A DNA stretch of 63,700 bases, counting the filler, from Welwitschia mirabilis (taxonomy: Eukaryota): the NCBI GenBank assembly GCA_051453625.1. It is 5 parts of one record of this genome, joined end to end, with 100 filler letters (N's around TTAATTAATTAA, not from the genome) between each part and the next. Parts side by side here need not be neighbours in the genome. Positions count along the whole stretch, not along the records: positions 61,395 to 63,700 come from JBOZIK010000001.1; 4 more parts are not named here. One strand, written 5' to 3'. The translations under genes and the position numbers were made by a program. Shown here one piece after another: positions 61,395 through 63,700 of the stretch. The notes beneath the pieces were generated by a model, which did not search any database, was not told the DNA's origin, and worked only from the letters and a program-made list of their open reading frames with translations. The stretch's first letter is position 1; each line of letters starts with the position of its first letter.

Positions 61395-63700
61395 TCTAAA
61401 GGAGATAGGTGGCTAAAAAATAATGAAAAGGGTTTGGGATCCACTTACTTTTTAATAGAGGGTTGATTAGGTTAATTTTGATAAAGGAGTTGAGTCCACC
61501 AATAAATATTTCATACTATCATATTACAGGTTTAATTAACTAGTTTGAGTTCTAGTTAATTCATTAAGACACAGGTCTATAATACTATTAGGATTTGGGT
61601 GATTAGGATTTTAGGCTGATTGACCAACTACCTCTGGTTGACCAGCTTATAGATCTGATCAGTCATCCTATAATTAATTAGTGATGGTAATATAAACGCT
61701 AGTTAATTTCAAATATGAAGAAAATTATCAAAATTTAGATGTTTGATAAAGATATCTACAAGTCAATGATCTATACTAATAATTCATAGTAATATTTCCT
61801 TTTTCAGCTTGATCTCTTAAAAAATGATGTTTTAGCTCAATGTGTTTAGTCATTGAGTACTGAATAGAATTTTTAGAAATATTTATTACACTAGTATTAT
61901 TATAAAACATAGGAGTATATTCAAAACTTATACCAAAGTCCTTTAGCATTTCTTCACTTAAAGTGGATAAGCACAACAACTTCCTGCTATAATACACTTG
62001 GATTTCACAGTTGAATGGAAAATTGAATTTTGATTTTTACTTATTCATTCCACTAAGTATGATCCTAATTAAAAAATAATTACCACTTGTGCTCTTTCTA
62101 TCATCCTTACAACTAGTTCAATCTACATCACTGAATCCTATAAGTTCAAAAGATGTCTCATTTGAGTACCACAAACAATAATCACATGTTATATATATAT
62201 ATATATATANNNNNNNNNNNNNNNNNNNNNNNNNNNNNNNNNNNNNNNNNNNNNNNNNNNNNNNNNNNNNNNNNNNNNNNNNNNNNNNNNNNNNNNNNNN
62301 NNNNNNNNNNNNNNNNNNNNNNNNNNNNNNNNNNNNNNNNNNNNNNNNNNNNNNNNNNNNNNNNNNNNNNNNNNNNNNNNNNNNNNNNNNNNNNNNNNNN
62401 NNNNNNNNNNNNNNNNNNNNNNNNNNNNNNNNNNNNNNNNNNNNNNNNNNNNNNNNNNNNNNNNNNNNNNNNNNNNNNNNNNNNNNNNNNNNNNNNNNNN
62501 NNNNNNNNNNNNNNNNNNNNNNNNNNNNNNNNNNNNNNNNNNNNNNNNNNNNNNNNNNNNNNNNNNNNNNNNNNNNNNNNNNNNNNNNNNNNNNNNNNNN
62601 NNNNNNNNNNNNNNNNNNNNNNNNNNNNNNNNNNNNNNNNNNNNNNNNNNNNNNNNNNNNNNNNNNNNNNNNNNNNNNNNNNNNNNNNNNNNNNNNNNNN
62701 NNNNNNNNNNNNNNNNNNNNNNNNNNNNNNNNNNNNNNNNNNNNNNNNNNNNNNNNNNNNNNNNNNNNNNNNNNNNNNNNNNNNNNNNNNNNNNNNNNNN
62801 NNNNNNNNNNNNNNNNNNNNNNNNNNNNNNNNNNNNNNNNNNNNNNNNNNNNNNNNNNNNNNNNNNNNNNNNNNNNNNNNNNNNNNNNNNNNNNNNNNNN
62901 NNNNNNNNNNNNNNNNNNNNNNNNNNNNNNNNNNNNNNNNNNNNNNNNNNNNNNNNNNNNNNNNNNNNNNNNNNNNNNNNNNNNNNNNNNNNNNNNNNNN
63001 NNNNNNNNNNNNNNNNNNNNNNNNNNNNNNNNNNNNNNNNNNNNNNNNNNNNNNNNNNNNNNNNNNNNNNNNNNNNNNNNNNNNNNNNNNNNNNNNNNNN
63101 NNNNNNNNNNNNNNNNNNNNNNNNNNNNNNNNNNNNNNNNNNNNNNNNNNNNNNNNNNNNNNNNNNNNNNNNNNNNNNNNNNTTTACATTAGGAGATAAA
63201 AATTTCATTTTTTGTTTACTTAACCTATAATCTAAGAAACATTTTCACTTCATCAAGCATGATCATCTCAAAATGTATTATCATAATATTTGTAAATTAT
63301 TTAAATAAACTTTTGTTAGAAGCACCAAATATGATATCATTCACATAAATTTACATAATGATAAAATCTTTTTTAAAGTTCTTAATAACTAAAGTCTTAT
63401 CTACCATTCCACAAATATAACCATTATCATTTAGAAATGTGACTAACCTTTCATACCAAGATCTTAGAGCTTGCTTCAATCCATACAAAGCTTTCTTAAG
63501 TCTATAAACATGATTAGATTTATGAGGATCTACAAACCCTTTTGATTGTTCTACATACACTTTTTCATTTAGGGTTTTATTTAAAAATGCACGATTTACA
63601 TCCATTTGATATACTTTGATGTTTTTAAAGGATGTAAAAGATGAAAACATTCTAATACTATCAAGCCTTATGACTAGAGCAAAGGTGTTACCCACATCAA
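61395..63700 (-). mobile_element. Sirevirus-like copia pol 3' portion (RT, RNase H, post-pol region), running off the window
   Basis: RT VYQMDVNRAFLN...RLKKALYGLKQALRSWYERL (63351-63695); RNase H MTKHIELKHHFLRDQAEKG (61776-61997). GAGTCCACC at ~61492 recurs in a similar context at ~14709. Confidence 0.85.
62190..62209. repeat. (TA)n microsatellite at a gap edge
   Basis: About 10 TA units run into the N gap. Confidence 0.9.

Overview
This is a very AT-rich plant genomic window from a gappy draft assembly; the species cannot be determined. It is almost entirely decayed, nested LTR retrotransposons, and I find no intact host gene, RNA gene or CRISPR array. It contains several Ty3/gypsy Athila-type pieces, two full-length Ty1/copia elements with paired LTRs and target-site duplications (16427-21946 +, 37886-43217 -), and three Sirevirus-like copia pieces, two with env-like remnants. 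The most interesting structure is at about 28212-46838. It reads as a tandem, LTR-sharing, non-autonomous Tekay (chromovirus)-derived array: LTR-PBS-internal-PPT-LTR-PBS-internal-PPT-LTR. In both internal regions gag-pol is replaced by an antisense EMS1/MSP1/BRI1-like receptor-kinase pseudogene. Several gap-flanking duplications and TTAATTAATTAA linkers are assembly artefacts. All alignments and lineage calls were made by eye, so boundaries without a terminal motif are approximate.
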